Assembly (NCBI RefSeq): GCF_964204865.1
Contig: NC_135261.1
Location: 18,724,001 to 18,788,000, forward strand
DNA length: 64,000 bases
Reading direction: 5' to 3'
From: Styela clava
Lineage: Eukaryota
Every line of letters starts with the position of its first letter. Position 1 is the first letter of the stretch. Made by a program: the position numbers and the translations under genes. The notes under the pieces are model-generated. The model made no database searches and was not told the origin of the DNA. It saw only the letters and a program-made list of their open reading frames with translations. Shown here in pieces: positions 39,901 through 54,900 of this stretch.

Positions 39901-42900
39901 TTCAATTATTAATAACACAAAACAAATCTTACTCGAAAAAATGTCAGATTTGAAAACATTTAAAATTTCTAAGCTAACAGTAGTAAACGCACTATTAAAA
40001 AAATCCAGGACATTCAGGCCCTTTTTGACATTGATCCCTGATGGAGATTTAGCCACTCAAATCCCACACATGTCTGAGAAAATGCTGACCTATGGTAACC
40101 CTACTCTAGAGATGCAATTACTGAAATGTATGGAGTTACATACTATTTATTAAAAATCATAATCTTTTCTGTTTTGAATTTTGTTTCCCCCATATTTCTA
40201 AGTAACTTCATAGGCTTAGGGCTTACTTAATGAATCCTTGTTGTTACTTCAATAGTTATATATTTCTCATTATAATTTTTTCCTAGTTCGTGTTCCCTTC
40301 AAGATACAACTTTCAAGTTTTACACCTGATATAGACAGAGCTTTCATCTGCGCTATGAAGGAAGGAATTGTTCCACCAAGTTCCAGTATATCAATTCCGG
40401 TAATTTGTGATTTGATTAAATTCCATTTAAAATCTATTAATTATTTTTTACATTTAAAGCTGTTTTAGTAGTACTATAGTTATCCATATTTATGTTTTTC
40501 TTTAATTTATTTTTGTAAGTTTTGTCAAGACAACATTGGTTGGCCATTGTATGACCATCCTCCTCCAGACATTGAGTCTCGCACCTGAAACTGACAAACT
40601 GGCGATTTTGACACATTCCCAATATCAACTACAGACATTAAATGACGTTACACACTTCGACAGAGTTGGACGCCAGATAAATTTATATTTTAAATTGTCT
40701 TTAATGTAGAGTAGAAATCAAGTTATTGCATCGTTTCTATGGTTGTTAGCTTGTTACTAACAATTCTTTTTAGAAGAGATGTAATGTGGTGTATTTCTCA
40801 TTACATCATCGCATGAATACTCATGCAATTATCTTTGCTTTACACATTGGTCCTCGCCACAGTTTCTGGCCACAGTCGTGGTATTTATTTGATAAGTAAA
40901 GAAAGTCGCTATTATTGTCTGATTACTGGGGGTGGGGAACTTCAGGGAAAACACTTTAACCGTTAACCGAGTAAAATTACCCAGTTAACCGCAGCGTGAG
41001 ATTTGATGTAATAATTTATAATTTTAGCTTGTTATGTCACAATGGTTACAAAGCAATTTCACGCGATCTTATCCCGGTATCTCTCAAAATTATTCACGAA
41101 TAGAGATAGTTTCGTGATCGCTCTGCTGCAAGAGATATGCAGCGTGCTTCGGACATATGGAAGTATCTTAGTAAAACCCGATTTCGTTATTAAATGTCAT
41201 TTATGTGTCAAATTTTCAGTGCTCGATTTGCAAATCCTACTTTGAGATATCATAAGGAAAAACAGAATCAACTGCACATTGAATAGACGATTTTGCAATA
41301 AAATCGTGAACAATATATTTTCACTGAAACTATTGGGTTCTTACCACTACAGTTAGTGATATTCTTTTGAATTAAACGCCACAGAAGATAAATTTGCGAT
41401 GACGTAATGATTTTTGAAGAAATTGTACATTATAAAGATGATTTAAACCTGAGATGTCAGTTAACGGTTATAGTAAATCGTAACCGTTAACTATTCAAAA
41501 TCAGTTAACCGGTTAACCATTCCCAGCCCTACTGATTACATGTGTACTTGTGTTTAACAAGAAATTTGAATCAACTCAAATTCTTTTCTTTTTTATAGAT
41601 CTGTTATAATCCGAATGTAGTTGGACAAGCCAGTATCGATTATTTTGAAGTTTCTCCGATTGGTATCAGCAGCAAATCTATTGTTAAATGCCAAGGAAAT
41701 TGCAAAGGTGTGTTTCTATTTGTTATTTTCATTGATGATTTGATTGTAATTGATGAGCCGTAAGCCGTTATATGCCGTCACTCTCAACAAATCACAGTAT
41801 AAACAGCAATTTATATGCAAGAAGCTAATAATTTTGGGATGACTGGAACTTTTCCTGTTCGGCATTGTTTATTCAATTTATTATACCTATGATGAGGGCA
41901 TATGGGGTATGAATCTGAAATTTTAACCCCATATTTCCAACCTTTATAATAAGGTCCAACGCTCTTGCCACTAAGCTCACGTAAATAAGTTTTCTTACAG
42001 TATAACTTTATTTGGTAGTCCTGTAGTATGCGAACCAAGATGGCGGAAACCGGATTGCAATGTTTGAGGTTAGGGTTAGGCCATATTTTCAGGTACTTGT
42101 AATAGAACTAAAATAAGGAAAATTGGATTAAACTGATGGCCTAACCTGGTACACATATCACGTTCTAGTGTCCGCCATTTTGGTTCACATACTTCTGGAG
42201 CTCCCTTTATTTATATACTAGAAATTTATATTGGCTAAATTCGCTAATCGTTTTTGTTAGTTCAGTATAACAGTATTTTTTAAATCCATTTTGTTACTTT
42301 AGGACCTGCTGTTTCTCTCAGTCTCCCACTGTTGAACTTTGGACTAGTATCATCTGAAAAAGAAGTCACAAAAACTATTGATATCACAAACAATTCAAAG
42401 TGTGAAGCAGTTTATCAGGTATTATATATTACATACTGTACGAGATAAATCTTAAATAGGAAGAGAGCAAATGGATATGTATTTTGTTTTTGTCAGTTAT
42501 TTTATCGCCTGTTATGCTGATTATGTAGTCAAACAAACTTATATACTTATGTACAACATATCGATAGATAAAAAAAAAATAAAAATAAAATAGTTTTCAG
42601 GGAGGACATGAATTCCAAGTTTACATCTCCCTTTCACCTCACTGTGTGTAATAAATGTGGTTGGCAATATCTAACCATAAATATTCTGGACCTTCGAGAA
42701 AAAATAGTTTTTTACATACCAATTGCTGAATCTTCAGTCTTCTATGAAGTAAAATATTATGTCAATATTTTATGAACCTCAATCAAGAATAAACTTGCCA
42801 CCACATTATCTAGAATTGGTTTCACAGATTTATATTTTTTATGCGCTGTTTATTATTCTGTGTAGGGGACTTTCTTGTAACAGTATGGATTTTGATACAA

Positions 42901-45900
42901 AGACTGTTACAATCTGCTCTTATGTATAGTAATGAGCGATATGAAACTTGGTCGCCATGGCCTAGCAGTCAAATCGCTGAATTTACCTGTGATGGAATTA
43001 CATATTACACTAACCTGCATTCAAATCCCGTGCCCATCACCTCATCCAGGCTTTCATAAATTGGGTAGGCAATGCCAAACGATGCCTTGTTCAGAGCAAA
43101 ATGTACAAATAAGTGCTGTATAAAAAGCAAAAACTGCATACCACTTTCTCTGCAAAAAATTTTAAAAACAGAAATCTATATTAATTCTTTGAAAGAATAA
43201 TTGTTACAGACGAAATATGAAATTCACCGATTTTTTTAAAAATTGAAACCATTCCAGATTCTTCTTGATCCCGATTCCACTGTATGGCACACAAGTCAAA
43301 TCAGCGATGTTTTGAAATCTGGTGAAACGAGAACATTACATGTTTGTTTCACTCCGATTCATCCGATTAATTATTACAGAAGGCTTGTGATTCTTGTTCA
43401 TGACCAGGTATATCTTGTTGTTTATTTGTTTATCTTAGTTAAACTTATATGTAATTTGGTTAAGTGGACATTGAAAGCTGTTATAATTGGAATAGGTAGC
43501 TTTTATCTTGGAAATATCGCAGTTTATTAAATTTATCATACAATTTCATGATGCGTCATCAAATTTAAAATGGGTTATTTCAATATCAAGTTACAATTAA
43601 TACATACAACAAACATACTATGGATTTTTGCTGTAATCAATCAATGTAATTTCATTTTTCCCAAACAGTGCAACAGTGCATTATGAAATACCAATTCGTT
43701 AACTAAAATATTTCATCATTTCTGCCTGTAGTTTTATGTAAAATTATCAAATATGTTAAAATTTATCATTTGAGAGAAGTATGGCGAGCAATATTAGATT
43801 ATTAGCCACATTATGATTTGTTTTCTAAAACAAGTCCTAGTATTGCATTGACTAAATGTATCTATATATATATTTAAATTTATATATTACAAGACTTTTT
43901 ATTGTCTTGATTTGATAATAATGATAATAATATGAAATTTACTTCCCATTATGCCATGATTTATTATGGAAATTAAATGAGTCTCAAAATTTAAAAAAAA
44001 ATGGGAACCTCTGTTTTATCTGAAAAGGAACTTGAATTTATAGTAAAAAATGTCATAAAATCAAGTCGAAATGAATACCAAAATATTGTTATTCAAAAAA
44101 TCTTTCTTGAAATCAGATTTTTAAAAGTACTGTTTTTTGTAAGACTTACCATTTTCAGTGTAAAATGATTATGTTAAAAATTTCAGAATTTTGATATCAA
44201 ACTATACAAATATGGGCATTCTCATTCCTAACTTTATTTAATGTTACAGCTATTTCACTGCCTTGATTATAAAAGTCACAAATTCTATGGATTATGAGTG
44301 GCATGTAGTTGTCTGTCCATAGAATCATTTGATTTTCCTTACATTGTTATTTTACACCCATCTCATACTCAACGACTTGTTTCCTGCTCGTCAAGAGGGA
44401 AATTAAAGCTTTTCGAGTGTCATTATGTTGTTATTGAGTATATTCAGTTGCCATCTTCGACTTTCAAATCAATTTTTGCTTTTCTCGGTCCGCAGTTGAA
44501 TTGTGTTTATACAAAGAGTTCTATCTATAGCTGATACATGGCCGAATATAATTTAAAATCACTTTCAATTTATCTTTCCCTAATCAAAATTTTTCAGGGG
44601 CCACTATACGTTGATTTGATTGGAACATGTCACAGTGGAGAATCTCAACCACCGTTGCTAAAACCTATTCATCTCGATAAATATAAAATACACTCACAGC
44701 GAGGAATTAGCTTTTACTCACCGGAAATTCTCTTCAATTTGTTGCAGTGAGTACTTTTTAATTAAGATAATTAGTGTTTCAATTGATTCTAATGTGGTTG
44801 TGATATGCTGGTAATAATGTATCAACATCGGGGTAGAAATGTAAAAATTTATATTTGAAGAGGATAACTTGGTAAAATATTTGGAAATCCTACTTATAAT
44901 TGCATGTTAGATAATATTAGCCAATAAATTTCATTCTACAAGAAATGATAATTTATTATGTAATGAATTCCTATGGTCGAATAGATGGAAGAACTGTTTG
45001 TGAAAGACTGGGTAAATAAATGATTCGATAGTTTCAATTTTTTGTTATTCTGTTATTATTTTATTTCATTGTATAAGAAAAGGAAAAATTTAACCAAAAA
45101 ATTAAAAAAAAATCGGATTTTTCAATTCCAAAATCAACTTTTGCTCTTCTGTGAGTTATCAATCATTACCATATTTCATGAGTGACACAAAAAATGTTAT
45201 TTCATTATTTCAGGGGAAAACAAATCAAAGTAGACGATAGTGGATGTCTAATGTATTCATCGGATGAAAATGAAGAATCCGTTTATAATTCTGATCCTCC
45301 ACTGACTGAATATTTTGATGATGCTCATAACTCAGAAATAACAGTATGTTTCTGTTTTTTTTTTTTTTAATTTTGATATATTTTTTTACTATTATAACTT
45401 TATTTGTATTTCTGGAGTAGTAATTTTTTCGAATATTAATTTAATAATTTTTTTCTGTAGCAATTTTACTCTCAACAAAGTGCCAATCAAGTAACCACAT
45501 GAATATATAGAGTTTCCAGGTTTTGAAGGACTAGTATCTTTGTGATTTGGCATATTTTATTTAATTTTTTGCATGGTGGCTTTTGGTGGTTCTCCAAAAT
45601 AAAACAGCTTAACTATGAGATTTGCTTGAAATAATGCCAGCATAGGTATTTTGTGGAAATTATTCTTTATGAATATAATTTTTAGGATGTTCTTTCACTT
45701 CTTCCATCTGAAGGCTATAAGCAAAGATCCACCAACTAAGTGTTTCATTTGGTTAGTGGTAATCCGACCAGGGCTCCAACCTGCAGCGCTAACATAGTTC
45801 GACTAGCAGACTGTCCATTATGGCATTACACCATTGTTTTATTCTCAAGCACTAAGTCTTTGCATCTGAAACGAATATTTGGTTAAGTATTTTTATACAC

Positions 45901-48900
45901 GACTTGGACTGATAAACAGCCAAAAGTTCATGGTTTCTAATATGATTGAGACGTCCTAACGGCTTTCATCTCACAAGGATAAATATGAAAATCTATTCTA
46001 TCTTATTTATTTTACACATAAGATATTGAGTTACACTTACAGATTCTATTTCTAATCATTGTGTCTGTTATTGATATAGTTTTAGAGGAATGTCATTCAA
46101 ATTCAATTACCGATAGTTGCTTAGCACTTTCCGTACCTAGTCAGTTTTTTAATTTCCACCATTGAGAGCTACTGTGAAAACGAGCGATCTTCTCTCCTAT
46201 TTATTCTCTCTGGTATTTCTTTTTTCATTCAATTGGAAAAGGGGCAAATGTAGTGATGTCATCAGTTTTTGGTAACTTACCATAGATACACCAATCATGA
46301 GGGGATTATCTAATACAAACCAACTCATCAGTTAAACATAACTGTTTAACACAGACAAATCTACCATATGTTTTGGCGATATCGTTTTGTGGGTCGCGAC
46401 CTTATAATAACAAAATTTGATGATAATCTTTACATTTATTGCTTTTTTCTTTTCAGCACAATCCGCCTCATGTTTCTTTGGACAAGTTAGAAGTTTGGTT
46501 AGGACAACAACAATTTGACATGGATAGTGAAAATGAACCTTGTCATGCTACTTTGAGAATGACTAATCACACCAAAGGAAAAATTACCGCAATTTGGATG
46601 CAAGGTTTGTTTTCTGCCGTCTTTTTTTATTATGGTTGGAAGGTGTATTATTACATTGTTTCTTTGCTTTAACTATTTATTTTAACTATGGATGTTTAAC
46701 TGCTCCAACAGGAAAGTTTTCACAGAAATACCCAAACTGATTGTTTAATTTACTATTCCGAATGCATTTCAAAATATTATATTTCAATTTGCGAAATTGA
46801 TAGCCTAGCGGTTTATGCGCTTAAATTATTAACAGCGTTGGCATCACTAATTTCACATCTCGGCTTTAAGTGTCCACTAAGCGTAATAAATAAGGTGGGC
46901 AATGCTGAAACGAAATAATTTCAGACCCTTTCGACTTAATGGTAGAGGAAGCCGTGAACGACCAGCGGTTACGTAAAGCATCTTATAGCGGTGAGGAGTC
47001 CTGCAATCATAATTAACCCCCGCATGGGATGCGAACCTGCGAACCCATGCTGGGTAATCATAGGTTCGGTGGTGAGCGTATTCCCATTGCTTAGCATGAT
47101 GCGCCATACAGCTCGAAACATCATGTCAACTGAGAATTTAATATATTTGTTTCAGATCCGACTGGAGTTTTCGAATTAATTCCATCATCATGTGACATAC
47201 CACCATTGAAATCTACTGATTTCCGTGTTGTTTTCCGACCAAATGTCCCAAATCAATTTTTTGGAGCTGAACTAGAATGTTATGCATCTTACAAGGTAAT
47301 GATACTGTTCTACTGGTCATGATGATTTTTTTATTTTATACAAATCCAAAATTGTCAAATATTGTTTTACTTTTTATTTTGTTCACAGAGTATGCGAGAC
47401 TACAAGCTAGTTGATGACACAACCATTACTCCACCATGGTGTTTGACAGTGTCTGTGAGTGGACATACTTTCAGTGGAAAAAATAACACTTTTCTTCCTA
47501 ATGTAGAAATTGGAGCTAATGAACTGGTTAGTAAATGTTTCGGGTTATAGGGAAGATGTATGGAGAATCAGGATAAATTTGTCTCAACTGATCACTTTTC
47601 TTAAAAAACGTTTTTTTTACCTGGAATTGCTTTTTTATTTTGACAATATTTGATCTTTAACCTGAATGATGAAAAAAACAATAACACATAATATTCTGTT
47701 GTGCAAATTTTTATTTTAAGAACCTATCGATGAGTATCAAATTGAACCTTTTGCATTTTTGTGAAATATATTTATTCATAGTTCATTATTGTTGTCTGAC
47801 GTCGATGCGCATTTCCCATTTTTCAAATACTGCATCTGCCAAATATTGCGGTGACCACCAAGCAACCTGACTTGATTAATATATTCTTTTAGTTCTTTTT
47901 GCCTGTTTTGTTTTGTTCGAATTACTTACATAACTGAGAAATATTTACATTCTGAATCACAATTTGACTGTCAACAATATTTTTAGACATTTGCTGCAAC
48001 TCCTGACAATGAAGACTCTTACAGAACAATGCTGCTGAAAAATAACGGAACTACTCCTGTGTTATATCAATTCAATCAGGTAAGAAAATTTTGCTATATG
48101 GTTAAGTCGTTTTATCACCTTTCCTCTCTCTCGGGATAAATATGTAAATCCTATCCTAATATAGATAAAATATGTCACCTTAATCATAAATATACTGGAT
48201 ACGAAACTGTTAATAATGTTTCAATAAATTATCACATACTTCCATGTTTTCAGAATTCTGAGGAATCCAGTTTCACGATAAAACCACAGCAAGGAATGAT
48301 GAAATCCAAATACCATATATCAGTGTGTAGGTTAACACCAAGAAAAGTAGAAACTTACGAGTCTAAAGTTACTCTACGATTGAACGACAATGGAACACAT
48401 GATGAGGTAGGTTATGTAACCGCTGGTCGGTTGCAGCTTCCTCCACCATCAAGTCCATGCATCTGAAAACAAATACTGGTAACAGAATAACTAATCCCAT
48501 ACCCAACATGGACTGGTAACGTGGACTGGTAACTGGCTGTGGTTTGACATATGATTAAGCTTTCCTATTACTTTTCTCTGCCCCAAGATAAATATGTAAA
48601 TCCTACCCTAAATCATAATTGTTACTTGTTTGGTTACATGTCCCTGTCTTCTTGTACATTACAGCATCTAACTCTCATTGGAACTGGGGAACAGCCTGAA
48701 TTACTTCTGTCAAATTCTGGGGAAATGTATTTTCGACCAACTTGCATAGGAACAATGAATACAAACAAATACACTGTACAAAACACTGGTCGTCTTCCAC
48801 TAGGATTCATGTGGAAATTACAAAGCACTGACTTGACAAGATTGTCGGTGGAACCAAAATCAGGAGTCATCTATCCGAATGAAATTCAGGTAACAAAGAA

Positions 48901-51900
48901 AAGATATTTGAAGCAGCAATGGACAAATTTGACAAATTTTTTTATGATGATATCAAATACATTCAAATTGATGCAGTTTGAAAAACACTGTACTAATCAA
49001 TGCATATGCATAAAAATTGAATAAGATAATATGGAAAAACCAACCCAACAAACCTGGTTTTATTATTTTCTGTAGTTGACAGAAAACGTATAATTTGATA
49101 CTGATTCCCTTAATACTGTTTTATGAGAGGTTTTAAAAAATGGCATTTATCAAATTTGTAAATTATTACCTTATTCTTTCAACCATATTCATGGATTTGA
49201 AACATTTGCTGACTGTTCCTTTAGTATAATATGAATATTCCCTCTCTTGTTCTGATTATCGAGACAAATAATTTTACTTAACACTATCGCTGTTATGTAA
49301 GGAGCTAGTATTTTTGTATGAATTTATCAGCTTTCTCAATTTATTATATATTGGGGAGGTTAAAATGGGGTTTGAACCCAAGATCTTTAACCTGCCATGA
49401 CAATATAATCAGGTCTAACGCTCTACTACTAGGGTTGCCACCCATAAGGTTATAGAGACATCCACAACGATTTTCTCTTTGAAAAGTTTCTATACTCGAT
49501 TGCCATCTTCATTTCTTTCTTTTCATATTCAGAACCATACTTGGACTTACTCACCTGACATTCCAGAAAAAAGTTTATTCAAACCAGTTTGTTACACTTG
49601 GCCCCATAATAATGGCTCAGCAGAAATTACGTCGGTTGTTGATATTCCCATCAAAAATCGAAGAAAATTCACATTGAGAGTTATTGGAGAAGGACATACG
49701 GGAGAAATAAGGGTAAGCTTGCTTTGCTTCACTACACTGGTCATTTTTGCCTCATCGTGCTAAGCGCTAGTCATACACCTGCTATCGTATGTTTAAATCG
49801 AATGGCGGAAATTTTGTATGATAAGAGTGATAGACTCCTCGTAACTGCTGATCAATTTTGACTTCATCCACCGATAAGTCCATGCATTTATGACAAACAA
49901 CTAACTGATCAACTATTAAATCCATGCTTCTGAAAACAAATAACTGGCCAGCTAATCTCATACCATCCCATGGAATGGTAACCTGTCAAAGGCTGTGGTT
50001 TGCCATATGATTAATTCGTCTTACCGACTTTCCTCTTCTCTAGGATAAAGATGTAAATCCAATCCTATTAGCAAATTTGGCATGCAATGTAACTAGATGA
50101 GAGACTGTGGTTTGCTTTGTGATTGAGTTGTTGTATTGGTTCTCCTCTACCCCAGAACAAATATGAAAATCCTATCCTATGTGAAGAAAAAGTGTAATAT
50201 TGTATCAAATAAATCTTGTAAATTAGTATTTTGGTGCTTTACAGTATGAAAAGGGCTCAAATTTCATAATTGATTATAAGAATGGTTAGCTTTGGCTTTT
50301 TGTTTTAGGTAACTTTATATATGGTATCTTTTGAATTCAGGCTGAAAGATCTTCCATTGATTTCTCCTGTGTTATTTGTGGATCATCATCTACTAAGACA
50401 TTAGTTCTTCACAATGTGTCAAACTGTGATGCCAGATTTAAACTCTCTATCGAACAATTTGTCAACAGTCAGTATGGTGAAAATCCTGATGAAAAGTGAG
50501 TATTTCCATCAGTATATTCTTACATGTTAGAATGCGGGTGCGAGCGATGGCTTAGTGGTTAGAGCCTCTAACTATATTGTCATCAAAGGTTAAATATCTA
50601 GGGTGCAAATCCATGCCCAGCACTTCACCCACCTTGGAAAAATTGGTTAAAATGCCCAATATAACAAATTTTTCAAATGAAAATCATCCTGAGTCATCAT
50701 TTTGAATGTATTTGAAAATTCTGGATGTCCCTGGTTGGCACAAATTACATGTTATAAATCCTAATCAAGAATTAATTGTGTGCCTTTTTGTTTCTTACAT
50801 GATAATTTGGGAATTCGTTCGAAACGTCCTGATAAATTTTTGGTATACCATTTTGTAAAAGAAATATTTCAAAGTAATACACTTTTGTATTGGTGCGTAT
50901 GTGTGTTATGCAGTGAGAAATACAGTGAAAGACACTGATCTATGAGTGGATGAAGTTACTGCTTACTGGCAGCATGGATGGCCATTTCCGAATACTAAAC
51001 TATTCCGAATACATTCTAAAATAATGTTTTCGAATCTGGAATTCCGAATACATTCTAAAATCGAAAATAACTCATTTTTGTTTTAGTTTATTAAAACGCA
51101 GTATATTAGGAAATAAGCTTCAATAGAAATATCAGGATAAAGTCACAAACCAACAGTATATGTACACAAAGTAATTGATAGTTTATAGCCATCAATAAAA
51201 AATAATAGCAACTTTTGACACAGTCAGTTTATTAAAATTATTCACTTTGTACAAATGACCATATGAAAAGATAGCCACAGCAATCTGTGCCTAAAAGTAC
51301 GAGATAAACCGCCTGATGTATTTAATTTTATTACGTATTTTTGCAATCTTGCCAACTCGGTATCGCCGTTAGAAAAATCTCAAATAATGATATTAAATTC
51401 TGTTAAGTGTAGTGTATAATTCATTTCATACAATGAATATACATATGAAGTTTAGCAGTAAATTAAAAATACATATTCATCGCCGCGATTATGCCATCTG
51501 TTAAAAGAGTCGACTTTCACAACAAATGATATAACAATGAATATATATTTTTCTGTTGTGCAAAGTGATGAATTCGTGACCGATACGGGCATATTTAAAA
51601 TGTCTTGCTTTATTAATTTAATTGTCTTCAATTTAACCTGCGGTTGCGTCGACAAAATAAAATCCTCACCACTCTTATATACCATTGCAAACCGCGATCA
51701 TAAGAATAAAACGTGTGGTAAACTGCCCGATTAAATAATGTTCAGATCCATATTTTGCGAATTCGGCAAATATTTAGATGTAGGCCTACTTGTTAACAGT
51801 GACTCCGCTCAATCGAAATGCTGACACTCTGATTATTTTTAGATAAAACCGTTCGAAAAATCCATAAATCTGCTGTAACATCTCAGGGTAAAATTTATTT

Positions 51901-54900
51901 CATCACAATAAAATTGTTTGAATATACTTTAGATTAATTATATTATATACATCCTCACAACCCGGGAAAAAGTCGCGTTTCAAACCTTGTATAATGTTAA
52001 CACAAAAATATTCGACGGCAATTTAAAGTAATGAATAATCAGGCAAATCCCGCCCTCAATTCGTGACGATATGTTTCTAAACACCCGACCAAACATAATG
52101 TGTACGGTAGGCCCACGCAATTTTGCGATTTTCACTGCCTAGAAAAGTGTTTTATAAATTTTCGCGGGCCTCAATAAAACCTATATTGTTTGCGGTTTTA
52201 TTTTCAGTATTTTAAATTGCCGCTTTGAATGTTTTCATTCAACGGAAACGTCTTGGAAGCGGCGTCAAAAATGTGTGACGTCACACAAATATTCGATATT
52301 CTTATGAACGCTAATTCCGATATTCTAATGACGAGATTTTCGAATACATTCGAATAGTTTATTCGAACTGGCCATCCCTGACTGGCAGCCACTGAAATGT
52401 GATAAGCTATTGAGACTGTATGAATATATAGAAATAATATATATTATATGTGATAGTTTCAAAGTAAATTGAAGAATTGAACTTTTACTTTTTATGTGAA
52501 AACCAATGTGAAATGTGAAACTCATGTAAAAATACTTTTTTTCTCAGTGAAACCATTGCTCTATATCTGAATAAATCAAGTGATGTTCTTCCATCACATT
52601 CACGTACTACGATCAATATCAAGGCTAGACCTCATCGACGTGTCCTGTATACGTGGTCATTGTATTATGAATTGATTAATGAAGATGGTATGTAAATAGT
52701 TGTCATAGGTAGTAGCCAACAGTTGTAACAAGTTTGAAATTAACGATTCTCCAAAACTCAGTTTTCGAAAAATTACATACCATTACCAGAATTAATTTTT
52801 TTTGTAAGTTACTTTTAGTATTAAAATGATAGAATTTAAAACTCATAAACGTCTTTTCTTATTTAAAATTTTAGATTTTTGGCATGAAACGATTCCTTGT
52901 GCAGCAGAATCGTGGTATATGCTAAATTCACTTCATATTAAATTTTCAATAATTTCACATTCCATCGAAATGTTGATATAAATCAGCGTTTCCCAACCTT
53001 TCTTGGTCACGGACTATTTTCTCATCGGCGAAAACCTTTGCGGACTCAAGGTGCGTTTATTGCAACCGTACTCTGTGTGAAGGAGCAATAAAAGCAAACA
53101 CAACTGAATTTTACCGAATTTCAACAATGGCCTTTTCTGTCGAACAAAATTTAATCCACGACAACGACGAGAATTTAAAATGTTTTTCTATTTTAATTTA
53201 ATTGTGTTCATGGTAACTCGCGGTTGCGTTGACGACAAGATGAAAGCATTACATCTCTATAATGCAACGGCGATCTGCGAACATAATAATGTGAGAATAT
53301 ATTGCCCGATCATATATATTTAGTTTTGATACATATTTTTTGCGATCTTGCGAATTTGTTATCGCCGTTAGAAAAATCCTAGTATCTGTTATAAATTTCC
53401 AGAAAGTACAACTTCATTCAGTACTTATAAAAAATATATTTAAAGTATACTAGTAAATCAAAAATATATTCATTGCCTTGCTTTATTATTAATTTAATTG
53501 TGAGCTTTTTAATCTGCGGTTGTGTTGAGGAAATAAAAGCAATCCAACTCAGAAAATATGATGACAATCCATGAACGCAAAAATGCGTGGTAAAGTGCAC
53601 GATTATATTTTGTTTTGATTCGCATTTTTGTGAATTCGACAATTCTGAGCTGTTCGTACAACACCCACGGCAGTACTGTACGTATCAATGTGGAGGCAGT
53701 AATGCAAAGAATCCTAAGGGAAAATGTCCTGGTACGGTAGCATTCAAAATTTTGGATTTGCAATGTCTAAAAAAGCGCTTTTAATTGGTCGCGGACCATC
53801 ATAAAACAAAACTCATGGTGTTCTCCCTTTTATTTTTACTATTTTGTATTGCCACTTTTCAATTTAAAAAATTTGGCTTGCCATCATTGACACCTACCAG
53901 AAAAAAAAATATTCCTCGTTGTTCGATTTCGCGAGAAACACCACTGAGGTATCTATCGAACCGTGTGCAGACTCGTGTTTTCGTCGGAAATCCTCAAGTG
54001 AGTTGTGAAATTCAATCGTCTGATTAAGCGCAAGTGACCTGTCGTGCCACCTGTTACCAAATTTTCGAATAGTAAATTGCTATTCTAATAGTTCAATATT
54101 CAAATATGTATATGCCCAGCCTTACTCAGTAACCAGTCATTATTGACTCGATTAATGTTATGTGACTAAACTTGCTTTTTATATTTAATGTAAATTCTAA
54201 CATAAATCGTAACTGGCTGATACTAAAGTTTCGTAAAAACGTCTGATTTTTTGTTGTGGACTCATTCAAACGCTCCGCGGGTTGGGAAACAATGATATAA
54301 ATATATATTTAGGAAATAATTTATGTTTACTTATGTATGGTAATTCTTATTAATTAACTTTTTGTCGTTTTTATTTGCAAGAAATTTTTTCCTATTCATT
54401 TTGTTAATTTTGTCTTTTAGACGAAGCTATCGAACTAAACAACAGAATATTATTGTGTGAACTTAGTGCAGAAGGCGTTTATCCAAATCTAGAAGTAATA
54501 GGTAAGTTCATAAAAGCAGTCTCTCTATTCAACTAGTACATCCAGGCGATTCAGAGCTGAAGAAATTGATTTTAGAATAGCTTACTGAATTAAATAATAA
54601 TTCAATCAACATATATTTCAAGGTATTGGTTAGAAAAGAATTGTCAAAAACTCAAAAGCAACTAGAATATTCATATAACATATCCAAATCTGAAACTTTT
54701 AAGGTAGTTAGGACGGATGGGAGTTTCAGGGAAAACACTTTAACTGTTAACCGGCTAAAATTAACCGGTTGACCAAATCGTGACGTTTGACATATATAAT
54801 TACATTGTATCTAGTATCCGATTGACCATTCTCAGCCCTAATAGTTGGCTATGCACATTTTGGACCTAGACTTGCAAACATTGTTTAAAAAACATTGGTT

